From the human T2T-CHM13v2.0 reference genome, Homo sapiens: a DNA stretch of 64,000 nucleotides. The stretch lies in the NCBI RefSeq assembly GCF_009914755.1, contig NC_060937.1. One strand, written 5' to 3'. The notes beneath the pieces are model-generated. The model saw nothing but the letters and a program-made list of their open reading frames with translations. It ran no database searches and was not told where the DNA came from. The translations under genes and the position numbers were made by a program. Shown in pieces: positions 1-13,328 of this stretch (positions within the stretch are counted from its first letter, which is position 1; each line of letters starts with the position of its first letter).

Positions 1-447
1 GTCTGTTAAGTCAACTTCAGAAAACTCTGAAGTTTAAGATAGCTAATAATTAGAATGTAAACAGAAACCTTACTATTTTTACACTATTCATGCTGTTTAT
101 AGTGCATTCAGGAAGCTTCTGTTTGACCATTCATGTGTTTACAGATGTTAAAGGCATGGGTAATTAAAGTTAGCAATACCAAAATTTCTGGATTTGCACA
201 AGTTATGAAAATGTCATTAAATTCTTGATAAGGGTGTTGGTTGCAGAGTGTTTCTCAGAAAATATCTGTCTAGGAGAGAAGGAATGAAAAATTTTTAATA
301 ATTTTATTTCAAAATAAAATATACATAAAGTTCCCAGAGCAGCTGGGCTCAAATATTAATTCCTTCCTTCCTACCAAGTTGCCTCCATTCTATATCTATC
401 ATTAATAGACAGCTGACCTAATAATTTTAGTGGTTTCAAATTATATA

Positions 448-742
448 GGCCGGGTGTGGTGGCTCACGCCTTTAATCCCAGCACTTTGGGAGGCCAAGGC
501 GGGCGGATCACAAGGTTAGGAGATCACGACCATCCTGGCTAACACGGTGAAACCCTGTCTCTACTAAAAATACAAAAATTAGCCAGGTATGGCTCTGTGT
601 GCCTGTAGTCCCAGTTGCTGGGGAGGCTGAGGCAGGAGAATGGTGTGAACCCAGGAGGTGGAGCTTGCAGTTAGCCGAGATCACGCCACTGAACTCCAGC
701 CTGTGCGACAGAGCGAGACTCTGTCTCAAAAAAAAAAAAAAA
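448..742 (+). mobile_element. Alu (AluY/Sc-like), full length
   Basis: ggccgggtgtggtggctcacgcc start, A-rich linker, gagaatggtgtgaacc/gagcttgcag diagnostics, poly-A tail. Confidence 0.95.
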
Positions 743-744
743 TT

Positions 745-746
<2 letters not shown>

Positions 747-776
<30 letters not shown>
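747..776 (+). repeat. (GT)15 microsatellite
   Basis: Directly visible after the Alu tail. Confidence 0.95.
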
Positions 777-780
<4 letters not shown>

Positions 781-800
781 ACATACACATGGAGCTTTAC

Positions 801-950
801 AATTTAAATATTTCTACCCAAGTTTTATCCTGTACTTTTCTAAAAATCATTCTCATGCTGTGACTCTACTTGTCCCACCCCCACTCACCCCCTCTTCAGG
901 AGGAGAGGGGAGGTTTGTAGGACCCTGGAGCTTGTGAGCCCTTTCCAAAA
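801..950 (+). repeat. 150-bp local duplication, copy 1 (copy 2 at 5401-5550)
   Basis: Ungapped alignment at offset 4600; 15 mismatches in 150 by manual count. Confidence 0.95.
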
Positions 951-1103
951 ATGGGAGAACACCTAAGATTGGTGGGTTCTGTGTGTATTTGTATACACAC
1001 ACACACACACACAACTTTCTACTAGTAATACAGTGAGTCAGAAGAGGTTTGTTATTTAAGGAATAAAATGAAAAAAATTTAGTTTTTGAAGTCTGTTTTA
1101 AAA

Positions 1104-1400
1104 TTTTTTTGAGATGGAGTCTCACTCTGTAGCTGGGCTGGAGAGCAGTGGGGTGATCTTGGCTCCCTGCAAACTCCGCCTTCTGGGTTGAAGCGATTCC
1201 CCTGCCTCAGCTTCCTGAGTAGCTGGGACTACAGGCGCGTGGCACCACACGCAGCTAATTTTTTTTTTTTTTTGTATTTTTTTTTAGTAGAGACAGGGTT
1301 TCACCACGTTGGCCCGGGTAGTCTTGATCTCCTGACCTTGGGATTTGCCCGCCTCGGCCTCCCAAAGTGCTGGAATTACAAGCGTGAGCCACTGCGCTTT
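1104..1400 (-). mobile_element. Alu (AluS-like)
   Basis: ttttgagatggagtctcactctg ... cccaaagtgctggaattacaagcgtgagccactgcgc. Confidence 0.93.
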
Positions 1401-2134
1401 CTTGGAGGAAATATTCAGTTTAATAAAACAAATAAGCTTTATATAAAAATGACTTATAAAATAACTTATTATTATATAATATACTTTTAATAGTAAGTTT
1501 CAATAGTATTGAAAATATTTTTTCAAATGGCTTGAATTAAATAGCTTATTGCTTTAATTTAAAATTGTCATTTCTTGGATCAATTACATGCATTTTAAAG
1601 CAAATTAGACTTTGATCTCAAACACCCTGCATATTTGGAATGCTCGAATTGTAGTGGTTTGTTGTTGTTGGCCAGTGGAGGTTTTATTCAATTTTCTGAT
1701 CGTATGATTATATGAAAGCACAAATGTATTTTATTTTTAAATTCAAAGATCTCTCCAAGTATTTCTATTTCAAGCTTCAGAAATTCTATCTAGTTTAGAT
1801 TTTATCTTTAGAAATTAAAGTGAACTGTGTTTCCGGTATATTAAATAGGAATATTTTTCGAATACAGGACACTGAGCATTTTCAATTGGCTATAGGAGCA
1901 TAAGAGTGACCACAGCTGCAGAACTGGGCTAAGCCCAATTGGTTTAAAGTTGTCATCATGCCTCACTTGACTCCTTCTGATGCCTGTTTGTCAGGATGGT
2001 TATATTAAAACTTTTCAAAGCCTTAATTCCAAGTATGAATTAGGGCTCCAGCAGATGCCTGGAAGGGTTGTTATGAGGACTAAAAGGATAATATACAGAT
2101 GGTCTGACATGCAGATAGTCAAAGAATGTTTGTT

Positions 2135-2560
2135 TTTTAAATAAATAATTGAATGCCTACTAGGTTGAAGATTTTTCTAGTTTACAGCTGCGTATCAGAG
2201 GAACAAAGAAGTCACAAACCATGATCTCAAAGAGTTTACATTCTAGTGAAGGAGGGACGACAAGGCAAATAAATTAGCAAACAAGCAAGAAAGCATCACG
2301 TAATAAATGTGCCACAGAGCATTACAGTGGACTGTGACATTTGTTGCATGTCCATGAGCAGTTGTAGGGGAACTGTGAAGACTGACCTCTAAGGATTCCT
2401 TGAGGAGGAGGATGTTAGAAGCCTTAGTTGACACTTCCAGAAGAAGAATGAATAATCTGAGCCAGACTTGTCATACTAGCCATTTTTGTGTTCACAGCAT
2501 CTAGCATAGTGACTGATACATATAGGAGATCAAAGGTTTTTTAAAGAAATGAATGAACAA
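2135..2560. mobile_element. Degenerate L2 fragments
   Basis: aaataattgaatgcctactagg...ctcaaagagtttacattctagtg, and agcatctagcatagtgactgatacatataggag...gaatgaa resemble L2 3' ends. Confidence 0.6.
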
Positions 2561-2613
2561 GATTTCCATTGTGAAAAATAATAGATTCTAGAATTGGGTC
2601 TTTGATGGGATAG

Positions 2614-3053
2614 TGCTATAGGTTGAATTGTTCCCCCCAACCCCAAAATTAAATATATTGAAGTCCTAAGCCCCAGTACCTTAGAGTGTGATCTTATTTG
2701 GGAATAGAGTTGTTGGAGATGATATAACTAGTTATAATGAGCTCATACTGGGGTAAGGAGGGCCCCTAATCTTAATATGACTGGTGTCCTTCTAAAAAGA
2801 TGGCCTGTGAAAACACAGACACACAGGAAGAATGCCATATAAAGATAGGATTGGAGTGATGCATCTACAAGCCAGAGAACACCTGCGATTGCTGGCAAAT
2901 CATAGATTTCATAGGGAGTGTGGCTTTGCTAACACCTTGATTTTGGACTTGTAGCATCCAGAATTGTAAGACAAAAAATCTTTGTTGCCTTAAGCCACCT
3001 GGTTTGTTCCAAAAGGAACAAAGTACCAAATATAGCTCTAGGAAATTAATACA
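2614..3053 (+). mobile_element. MaLR solo LTR (MLT1B/C-like)
   Basis: TG...CA ends (tgctataggttgaattg ... ggaaattaataca); 5-bp TSD GATAG at 2609-2613 and 3054-3058. Confidence 0.88.
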
Positions 3054-3088
3054 GATAGGTACATGTTTTAGTTAATACCTTTTTTTAA

Positions 3089-3529
<441 letters not shown>

Positions 3530-4551
3530 TCACCCAGTTTTCCCCATTTCCAGCAGAATTTTTTTGGTGTCTCTTAGTTGAGGTTCCCAAAGAGGAATCT
3601 GAATGGATTCCTTTTCTTTGAAGGCTACAGATATCCCAGGTCACTGGCCAGCCTGTGGATGAGTTCCATAAGAAGACAGTCGTCTTGGCCAAATGAGCTG
3701 TGGTCAGGAGTGTTGTTTTTTTTTTGGCTCATTCAGTTCAGGTTGACGTGGGTACTGTGAAGGAGGTTTGTGTAAGGTAGATTCACCAAGGCGATTCAAA
3801 TATAGTAAAAATTTCTGTGTAAGGGTTTAAGCTGAGTTGTTACGGTGTTCCACACCCCATCTTCCATTACTCCTTTCTTACATCCTTTGCTATAGTTATG
3901 CTTTTCATCCAAGTAACCTCAGCTACCATGTGTATTTAGCTTCGGTGTCAGGGCAATGGATTTACCTTTTGCATATGGACCTGTGGGAAAACCATAGAAG
4001 ATATCCCTTGAGCAATGGCAATACAGAGAGAGATGTTAAGATGGTTTGGAAATATATTGAATGCTTTGCTTGAAACATTCATGCAATTATTTTTTCTTTG
4101 GGAGGACAGTAACCATGTTTTCCTAGATTTTTTTTTCTTATAGAGATAGGGCTTTTCTCACTTGGCTGAGTTTAATTTTATAAAGAAATACATGTTCTCT
4201 ATCTCTTCTTTCTGTTCTTCACAAAGCCATGTTTTTTAAAAAAATCTAACCCAAGAGTTTGAGTCTTCCAGAAAAATAGCTGTTGTTAAATGTGGGTATG
4301 TTCAAATCACTGAAACTCAAAACCAAAACTTTATTTGGGATTTTTTTTAAAAAACCCAATCTCAAAACAAAACCTTGAAAAACAGGTGAGATATCCTGAT
4401 GGTAAGAAGAGCTATTGAACCAGAATAATGTTTACCATCTGATATGTTAGTGTGCACAAAATATAAAATGTGTAGAAACATCAGGGAAGTCATTAACCCC
4501 AAAACCTATAGTCAGCCTGGACCCCTCATGATTTATTTGCATTTAGCTAAA

Positions 4552-4758
4552 GCAAGGTTTCTCAGCCTTGGCACTGTTGACACTTTGGCCAGATAATTCT
4601 TTGTTGTGGAGGTCTGTCGTGTGCATTGTGGAATCTTGAGCAGTATCCCTGGCCTCTACTCACTAGATGCCATTCCCCCATTTGTGACAGTTAAAAATAT
4701 CTCTTGAAATTGCCAGTGACTCCCATGGGATAAAATCATCCCTGATTGAGAACTACTG
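4552..4758 (+). mobile_element. MER20 (hAT-Charlie DNA transposon fossil)
   Basis: tttctcagccttggcactgttgacactttggccagataattctttgttgtgg ... gattgagaactactg. Confidence 0.85.
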
Positions 4759-5400
4759 AGCTAAAGAATTAAGAAATTAAACACTGCCCTTTACACAGGC
4801 TCTTTGGCTGGCTGACTGTAGATTTGATTACCTACTCATGCTTTCCATTTTAATTTCCCTTTGAAAAGCAAAGATATTCTAGAAAATTTGGATTGAATCA
4901 AATTCCTCTGAATGTCTGTGTCAGTGGGCTCAGTGGGAAAATCCTCAGTATATTCACATTTGTGTAAAAAATATGGGCTGAATTGAGCATCTTTCAGATT
5001 ACTTTCAGGAGTAGAATGTGTAAGGCATGACCATAGAGGCTGGGAAGATTGTCTCCTCATTCAGGAATGCTGTAGAAAGCAGGAAATGGGCAGTGATGCC
5101 AGCTAGCTTAAGATGTTGGATGTGTCAGTTTCCCTTGCCTTCATAATGGCAAGGGAAATAAATAAAAGGCAAGTCTATGCATCCCTTCTTACTGCTATTT
5201 TCTGGAAAGTTTTTATTGGCTAATGTTCTTGTACCTGTGTGAAATTACTTCTGACTCTTTCATCTTTACTCTCCTACACACTTCCCCTCACTCTCCCACG
5301 GCAAAATAGTGTGACCTGCTCTATGTGGTGATCACTGCTGACACATCGGGTTGTTCCTTTCCAGCAGCAATAGAAAATTCACCTGGGGAATCTGCTGTAT

Positions 5401-5550
5401 AATTTAAATATTTCTACCCAAGTTTTGTCCTGTACTTTTCTAAAAATCATTCTTGTGCCATGACTCTGTTTGTCCTATCCCCACTTATTCTCTCTTCAGG
5501 AGGAGAGGGGAGGTTTGTGGGACCCTGGAGCTTGTGGGCCCTTTCCAAAA
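5401..5550 (+). repeat. 150-bp local duplication, copy 2 (copy 1 at 801-950)
   Basis: Both copies produce the same minus-strand peptide LERAHKLQGPTNLPSPPEE in the ORF track. Confidence 0.95.
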
Positions 5551-5943
5551 TTGAAACCAAGAGATGAGACCTCAAGACAGAGTACTTTTTTGGGGAAAAA
5601 GCCCACTTCTCTTTTCTCTTCTTTCTCATCTAAGTTGAAATAACATAAAAAGTACAAATATAATTACTGTTTTCATTCAAGGGTAGCACTTTTCTGAGTA
5701 GGAGGCCGGAATGAATTTTGTATGGTTGAAGAGAAAATACTTAAGGAATATTAGAATGTGGCTTGGATGAGTTACAGGAATAAGCAGACAATATGTGCCT
5801 TGCTTGAAAGAGTGGTGATACAGAGGGTTGCTCTGTGCTGGGTCAAGCCGCATGTGTGTCTCAGAGGGAGTATCTCTCTAGTGGTAATAAGCAAGACAGA
5901 CATTTGTGAGTATGTTTGGATGTTGAAGTATACAAAACACTGG

Positions 5944-6102
5944 GGCTGGGTTTGGTCACTCACGCCTGTAATCCCAGCCCTCTGGGAGGTCAAGGCGGGA
6001 GGATTGCTTGAGCTCAAGAGTTTGAGGCTACAATGAGCTATGATTGCATCACTGCACTCCAGCCTGGGTGACAGAGTGAGACTCCATCTCTTTCAATAAA
6101 TA
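5944..6102 (+). mobile_element. Alu monomer (FRAM/FAM-like)
   Basis: Single ~150-bp arm: cacgcctgtaatcccagc...ggattgcttgagctcaagagtttgaggctacaatgagctatgattg...gagactccatctc. Confidence 0.8.
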
Positions 6103-7069
6103 ACGTAAATTAAAGAAGCAAAATACTGATATAAGCAACAACATGGGAAGAGATGGGAAGGTGGTATTGTAGAGCTAGTTTAAAATAACCACTTAAAGGT
6201 AAGATCATTAGTGTCTGTTTTCTCTTCTGGAATTTTATTGCTGATTTTGTAGATTTGTTTGAGGAGAATATCTACCTAGAAAATTTAAGAAAGGTTTCTG
6301 CTGGGTGAATTCTGTGTGACTCCCTCATCCTTGCCTGATTACATGCCTAGTCACTAACAGCAGCATTGGTACTGGGCTGATTCTGGCTGTCATGACCTCC
6401 ATCATCAGATGGATGTAAACAGCCTCTGCAACTTAAGGAGGGTGTGGAGGGGCAACACTGAAGTCCCCTCCTGTAGCAACGATCTGGCACAACTTCTGCC
6501 TCAAGTCTGCTTTTGTTTTTTGGTACATTAGATAAATATTGAAGTCTGTATATTTCTGTAAATTATCATGGTCTTTAACTTTTATTTATTTTTCACCTAT
6601 CAGTGTATTGGAGCAATTTCATATCTGTTGCATCAGACCTTGGTGTTTCGTTGAGTTAAAAGATATTTGATTTTTAACTTTTTCTTTCATTTCCTAATAG
6701 AGACAGTGAATGTTAAAGGATATCAATAAATTTGATTAAAACTGCTAAATTGTGGTTCTTTATTAAAACTACATTGAATAAATATTTTTATTTCAAAGGG
6801 AGGGTGAGCCACTCTCACAATTTGTGACATAATGCTTCAAACACTAACATTTAAACGTTCTTATTTTACTAGTTTGTCAATCTCATCAATTTCCTTAAAA
6901 ACAAAACACCAATAACAAAAACGGAGTATTTTTTTCTTCCAAATAAAGACATAGGAGAGTACTATAGTATTACCATTATCAATGTATTATTCTACTTGTG
7001 TAAGAATTTATAGCATAAAACTTAGCCATTTACTAAAAATAAGGTCAGTTTACACTGATGTTTTCAAAA

Positions 7070-9515
7070 GGAAACTCCTGGCCATTGTCCTTGATGAACA
7101 TCGATGCAAAAATCCTCAACAAAACACCGGCAAACTGAATCCAGCAGCACATCAAATAGCTTATCTACCATGATCAAGCAGGCTTTATTGCTAGGATGCA
7201 AGGTTGGTTCAACATAGGCAAATCAATAAATGTAATTCATCACATAAACAGAACTAAAGGCAGAAACCACATGATTATCTCAATAGATACAGAAAAGCCT
7301 TTTGATAAAATTCAACACTGCTTCATGTTAAAACTCTCAATAAACTAGGTAGAGAAGGAATATACCTCAAAATAATAAGAGCCATCTTTGACAAACCCAG
7401 AGATGACATCATACTGAATGGGCAAAAGCTGGAAGCATTGCCCTTGAAAATTGATACAAGACAAGGATACCCTCTCTTACTACTCCTACTCAACATAGTA
7501 CTGGAAGTCCTGGCCAGAGCAATCAATCAAGAGAAATAAGTGGCATCCAAATAGAAAGAGAGGAAGTCAAACTATTCCTGTTTGCAGATGACTTGATTCT
7601 ATAACTAGAAAACTGCATAGTCTCGGCCCCAAAGCTCCTTAAGCTGTTAAACAACTTCAGGTAAGTTTCAAGATACAAAATCAATGTACAAAAATCTAGC
7701 ATTCCTATACGTTAACTACAGTCCTACCTAGAGCCAAATTAGGAACACAGTCCCATTCACAGTTGCCACAAAAAGAATAAAATACGTAGGAATACAGCTA
7801 ACCAGGGACGTGAAAGATCTCTACAATGAGAACTACCAAACACTGCTTAGATAAATCAGAGAAATCAGAGATGACACAAATAAATGGAAAAACATTTCAT
7901 GTTCATGAATTAGAAGAATCAAAATCATTAATATAGCCATACTGCCCAAAGCAAATTATAGATTTAATGCTATTATCAAACTACCAATGACATTCTTCAC
8001 AGAACTGGAAAAAAAATTTTTAATATGAAACCAAAAAAGCCCCAATAGCCAGGGTAATTCTAAGCAAGAAGAATAAAGCTGGAGGCATCATACTACCTGA
8101 CCTCAAACTATACTACAGGGCTATGGTAGCCAAAACAGCATGTTATGGTACAAAAACAGACACATAGACCAATGGAACAGAATAGAGGGCTCAGAAATAA
8201 GGCTGCACACTTACAACCATCTGATCTTTGACAAAGCTGACAAAAACAAGCAATGAGGAAAGGACTCCCTATTCAATAAATAGTGCTGGTATAACTGGCT
8301 AGCCATATGCAGAAGATTGAAACTGGAACTTTTCCTTGTACCATATACAAAAATTAACTCAAGATGGATTAAAGACTTGAATGTAAAACCACAAACTATA
8401 AAAATTGTGGAAGACAACCTAGGCAATAACATTATGGACATAGGCATGGGCAAAAACTTCATGACAAAGATGCCAAAAGCAATTGCAACAAAAGCAAAAA
8501 TTGACAAATGGGATGTAATTAACCTAAAGAACTTCTGCACAGCAAAAGGAACTATCAACAGAGTAAACAGACAACCTACAGAATGGGAGAAAATTTTTGC
8601 AAACTATGCATCTGACAAAGATCTAATATTCAGCATCCACAGCAACTTAAACAAATGTACAAGAAAAAACAACCCCACAAAAAAGTGGGCAAAGGACATG
8701 GGCAGACACTTTTCAAAAGAAGACATATATGCAGCCAATAGGCATATGAAAAAAAAGCTCGACATCACTAATCATTAGAGAAATGCAAATCAAAACCACA
8801 ATGAGATATCATTGCACACCAGTCAGAATGGCTATTACTAAAAAGTCAAAAAATAACAGGTGCTGGTGAGGTTGTGGAGAAAAATAAACTGTTGGTGGGA
8901 GTGTAAATTAGTTCAACCAGTGTGGGAAGCTGTGTAGTGTTTACTCAAAGAGCTAAAAAGAGATCTACCATTTGACTCAGAAATCCCATTACTGGGTATA
9001 TACCCAAATCATTCTATCATAAAGACACATGCATGTTTATGTTCATTGCAGCACAATTCACAATAGCAAAGACATGGAATCAACCTAAATGACCATCAAT
9101 GGTAGACTGGAAAAAGAAAATATGGTACATATGTAGCATAGAATACTATGCAGTCATAAAAAAGAAAGAGATCATGTCCTTTGCAGGGACATGAGTGGAG
9201 CTGGAGGCCATTATCCTTAGCAAACTAATGCAAGAAAAGAAAACCAAATACCATATGTTCTCACATATAAGTGGGAGCTAAATGATGAGAACACATGGAC
9301 ACAGAGGAGAACAACAGGCACTGAGGCCTACATGAGAGTGGAGGATGGGAGGAGGGAGAAGATCAGGAAAAATAACAAATGAGTGCTAGGCTTAGTACCT
9401 GGGTGATGAAATAATCTGTACAACAAACCCCCATGACATGAATTTACCTGTATAACATACCTGCATGTGCACAAGTTAAAAAAAGAACAAAAACCCCACG
9501 AAAACACACTAAAAA
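7070..9515 (+). mobile_element. 5'-truncated L1 (older L1PA, ~PA13-16): degenerate ORF2 3' part and 3' UTR
   Basis: ORF 8317..8778 is L1 ORF2-like ([17 protein letters not shown]...[12 protein letters not shown]); many stops/frameshifts; 3' end aaacccccatgacatgaatttacctgtataac then A-rich tail. Confidence 0.95.
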
Positions 9516-10334
9516 AATGACATTTTTCAAGGTTGTATATTAATTTAAGTAATTTTTTTGTAATGTCTATTTTACTGGAACTTCTATGGATCACCACTTG
9601 TAATTTGACATAGTTTGAGGTTATCCAGTATGAATAAACTGAAGATTGTGCATTGCTGTCTTCAAGATAACAAATACTTGACAGTAAATATCTGAATGCC
9701 TTAACCCGTCATGTAAATGGCATATAAATAAGTTCATTATGGTAGAGTTATTTATAATGTATTCTTAGGAAATTTCCTTGAGTCTCCTTGTCTGCCTCTA
9801 TCTCTTCCATTCCCAATTAAAGGTCAGTGTCACCCAGAAAGAAAACTTAACAATTTGGGGTCAACATTGTAGTTGTTTCCAATACCCTCATGACGTGGCA
9901 CTGCAAATGAAGAAACTGCTATTTTATTTCTAGCATAATCTCTTAGTCATAACGTTGGCACAAGTTTAAGAACACTTCCTAGAGTTCCAAAACCTGCCTG
10001 TTTTTAAATCTAAGATGAACATTTACTTGCCAAGTTTCAGCCTTAGGGCAACTTTTTTTTTGAACGTTAATGAGTTAGAATTACTAAAGCAACACTGTAA
10101 TTAACTTGTAGAGGTAAAAATAATTGTTTCAGTATTTGAGTAGGATTATATCATACATGACAGTTTCGTTCAGATAAACTTGGAATGTCTCCCCTTAGGT
10201 ACCTTTTGTTACGTAGAAATTGAAAAGGGAAGAGCAAATGAAGTTGACAGGAAATAGAATCCAAGGTGTAAAACTGGTGTGAAGGCACTGGTCACCCAAT
10301 TTATCTTAGGCCCATGACTGTGCTTCCCATCCTG

Positions 10335-10930
10335 AAAATATTTATTGAACATCTACTATGTGTCGGGCACTGTTTCAGGAACTTGGGACACAGCTATAAA
10401 CAAGGCAGAGTCATAGCTGTAAAAGAGACAGAGAACATTTCTCCCTTATGGGGCTGACATGCCATGGAGTGGGGGGTTGCAGGGAGTACAGCCTTGTCGA
10501 CCAGAAACACAGTGCTCTAAAGCAACAGATCCATGTGTCAGTTCCCGTGGAGAGTGCAGGAGAAATGCTAGAGGTGATGAAATGGCATATCAGCTCCAGA
10601 TGCCAAGAATTACAGTGAAAAAATATATAATACCTTATCAGTTACCAATAGTTACACTGAAAAAACAATGTGAATAAAGAATGATTGAGTGTGTGTATGA
10701 GAAGCATTTTAGAAACAGGCTCAGGGACATCTTTCTGAGTTGACATTTGATCAGGAGCCTGGAGTGGGCCCTGGTGGGGTGAGTGGGAGGTTTCCAGACA
10801 GAGGAACAGAGAGGGAATCAGCAAGGAGAGTCCTGAGGGTCTGAACAGAATGAGAAGAAGTAGTCAAGTGAGGCTGTTAAGGCATCATGGGCTTTGTTGG
10901 GTAGGCTACATTTTACTTAAAGTATTGGGG
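10335..10930 (-). mobile_element. L2 fragment interrupted by a non-L2 insert
   Basis: aaatatttattgaacatctactatgtgtcgggcactgtt...; L2-like sequence resumes near 10700. Confidence 0.6.
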
Positions 10931-11161
10931 GCTTTTGAGAACAATCTGTTGTTAGGTCATCGGTTGCCTGTGATGAAGGATGCACATATTTGTGACTATA
11001 CTAAAAATGTTGAATTGTACACAAATGGGTGAATTATATGGTATGTGAGTTTTATCTCAATAAAACTGTTAAGAATAATACAAAATCAGTGGTTGCTATG
11101 TGAAAAATAAACTTAAAGAAATCAAGAAGATGAGGGAAAGCCAGTTGAACAATTTCAGTGG

Positions 11162-11652
11162 TTATGATGGTTAATCGTATGTGTCAACTTGACTGGGCCA
11201 TAGGGTGCCCAGATATATTTGTTCAGTCATTATTCCGGGTGTGTTTGTGGGGCTGTTATTGTATGAGATTAACATTTGAATCTGTAGACTGAGTAAAGCA
11301 GATTGCTCTCCCTACTGTGAATGGGCCTCATCCAGTCATGGAAGGCCTGACTAGAAAAAAAGGCCAGCCCTCCTGCTAGCAAGAGGGAACTCTTCTGCCT
11401 GACTGCTGGAGTTTGAACTGAAACATTGGCTTTTCTTAAGTATAGAGCCTGCTGCTTTCCAGACAGGAACTCACATCATTCCATTAGCTCTCCTGGTTCT
11501 TAGAGGAGGCTTGCTGCCTTAGAGAGTGAACTATACCATCAGCTCATCAGCTGACTGCAGATTTTGGGACTTCTCTGGTTCTGTGATTCCTTATAATAAA
11601 TCTCTTTCAATATACATCCGGTTGATCCTCTTTCTCCTGAGAACCAGACAAA
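11162..11652 (+). mobile_element. MLT2 (ERVL) solo LTR
   Basis: tgatggttaat..tatgtgtcaacttgactgggccatagggtgcccagat ... ctcctgagaaccagac. Confidence 0.85.
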
Positions 11653-13328
11653 AGCAGTAGTCCAGGCAAGAGGGAATGGTGGCAACAAGGGTCTCTGTGT
11701 GTATTGTTGAGACGTAGTCAGATTTTCCACGTTTTGATGGAAGAGTGTATAGGAGTTGCTAATGAATTGAGAGGGAATTGAGGGGCTTTTGCACCAGTAG
11801 TTTATTGAGTTAATAAATATGAGACAGAAGGTTGGTGGGGGTAGGGGAAAATCAAGAGAGAATCTGTGGAGGATGAAGCAAGTTGCAGAAGATCACAAAT
11901 TGGTAAATATATATATATAAAAGAGTGATGTAGATTTTAAATGTTGTTCCCTGGCAGCATCATGGAAAAGATGGTAAAAGGGATAGTTTGTGATTATTAA
12001 GAAATGGGGTGATCACTGGAAGCCAGCCTTGTTCACCAGAAACAAAATGCTCTAAAGCAACAGATCAACGGGCGTGTCCCCATGGAGAGTGTGGGAAACC
12101 CTCTAGAGGTGGTGGAATGGCCTGCGGGTGGGTTTTGTTCATCTTGTACAGTTTTTGTTTTTAAAATTTGAGCCAACATTTATTTATACTGAGATTTCTG
12201 ATGCAATCCCTGTGTCTGGCTTGTATTGATGGATCTGCCAACAATGGGCCTGCATTCCCCTAAAGCGACCATTATATGGGATGTCCTGTAGACGGGAGTT
12301 TCTGGCTTCCTTGGTCTCTTGTCATCTCCTTGACATTATGTTCATTTTATTTATTTATATTTTATTCATTTTTATTACCAGTTTTCTCCCTTCAGGCATC
12401 TTTTTTTAATTCCTGCAAGGTACCTGTTGTCATGGCCTCAGTATTGTCAAGATGGGAAAAAGTGGACCAGATAACACCTTCTGTAGGTGAAATCTTAAAT
12501 AGTTGAGTAAACATGCTCAATTTCAAGAAGCCAAAATATTTAAATCCATGTAAACTTCAAGTGAAGTTTCTGGTAGTTGGCCTTAGGACTTTGTGCTTGC
12601 CTTGTTTACATTAAAAAAAAAGATGGGGTGAAAACCTGGCAAACATACTTAGTCCGGTTTGTACATGTTGAAGCAATAAAGTGTAGCTAATGTCCTAAAT
12701 ATAAAAATCTGGACTAAAAAATGATCTGGATGGGCCTAAGTCTCCAAAAGAATATTTATCAGGGATAAATTTCAATGATATTTTAGTTGGAAAAAAAAAT
12801 CAGTTACGTGAGTTGAGGGTGGTTTTATATTGTCTACAAACTTAATCATGCATTTTAAACCTTTATCCATGGCACCTCACTGATACCATCATAGGGTTTA
12901 CAATTCAGATTCTTCTCTATATCCAGCTTACTTTTCTTCTAAATTTGACTAGCCCATGGTTCATTACAGCTCACAGGTCATCTTCCTGTGAACAGTGATG
13001 TTGGTGTCACTAGGCTATTGCTGCCACACATGATCTCAGCTGATGGCCTAATACGGATGCTACAATGAAAAGCACCCATAGCCTGTAACACGAGAAGTTA
13101 GGTGAATTCTATCCACTCACTGTATGCTAGAAACTGCCAATCACATTTTATCTTTTTTTCTCACTAAACTCTCACAATTACACTGTTACTCTCATGAGAC
13201 GAGCATTATCAGTGAGCCTTCGAGTGATGTTTAGCCACACCTGGAGTCCAGTATTTGAGATACAGATGCTTCATTCCAGGGAGGAGGACATAACCCACAG
13301 GGACTTGTCTTTAAGGTGGCATGGCAGT

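Noticed and set aside
8317-8778. 153-aa ORF resembling a reverse-transcriptase-associated protein (also ORFs at 18398, 40943, 47067)
   Set aside because: Fragments of dead, truncated L1 ORF2 surrounded by stops and frameshifts; not genes.
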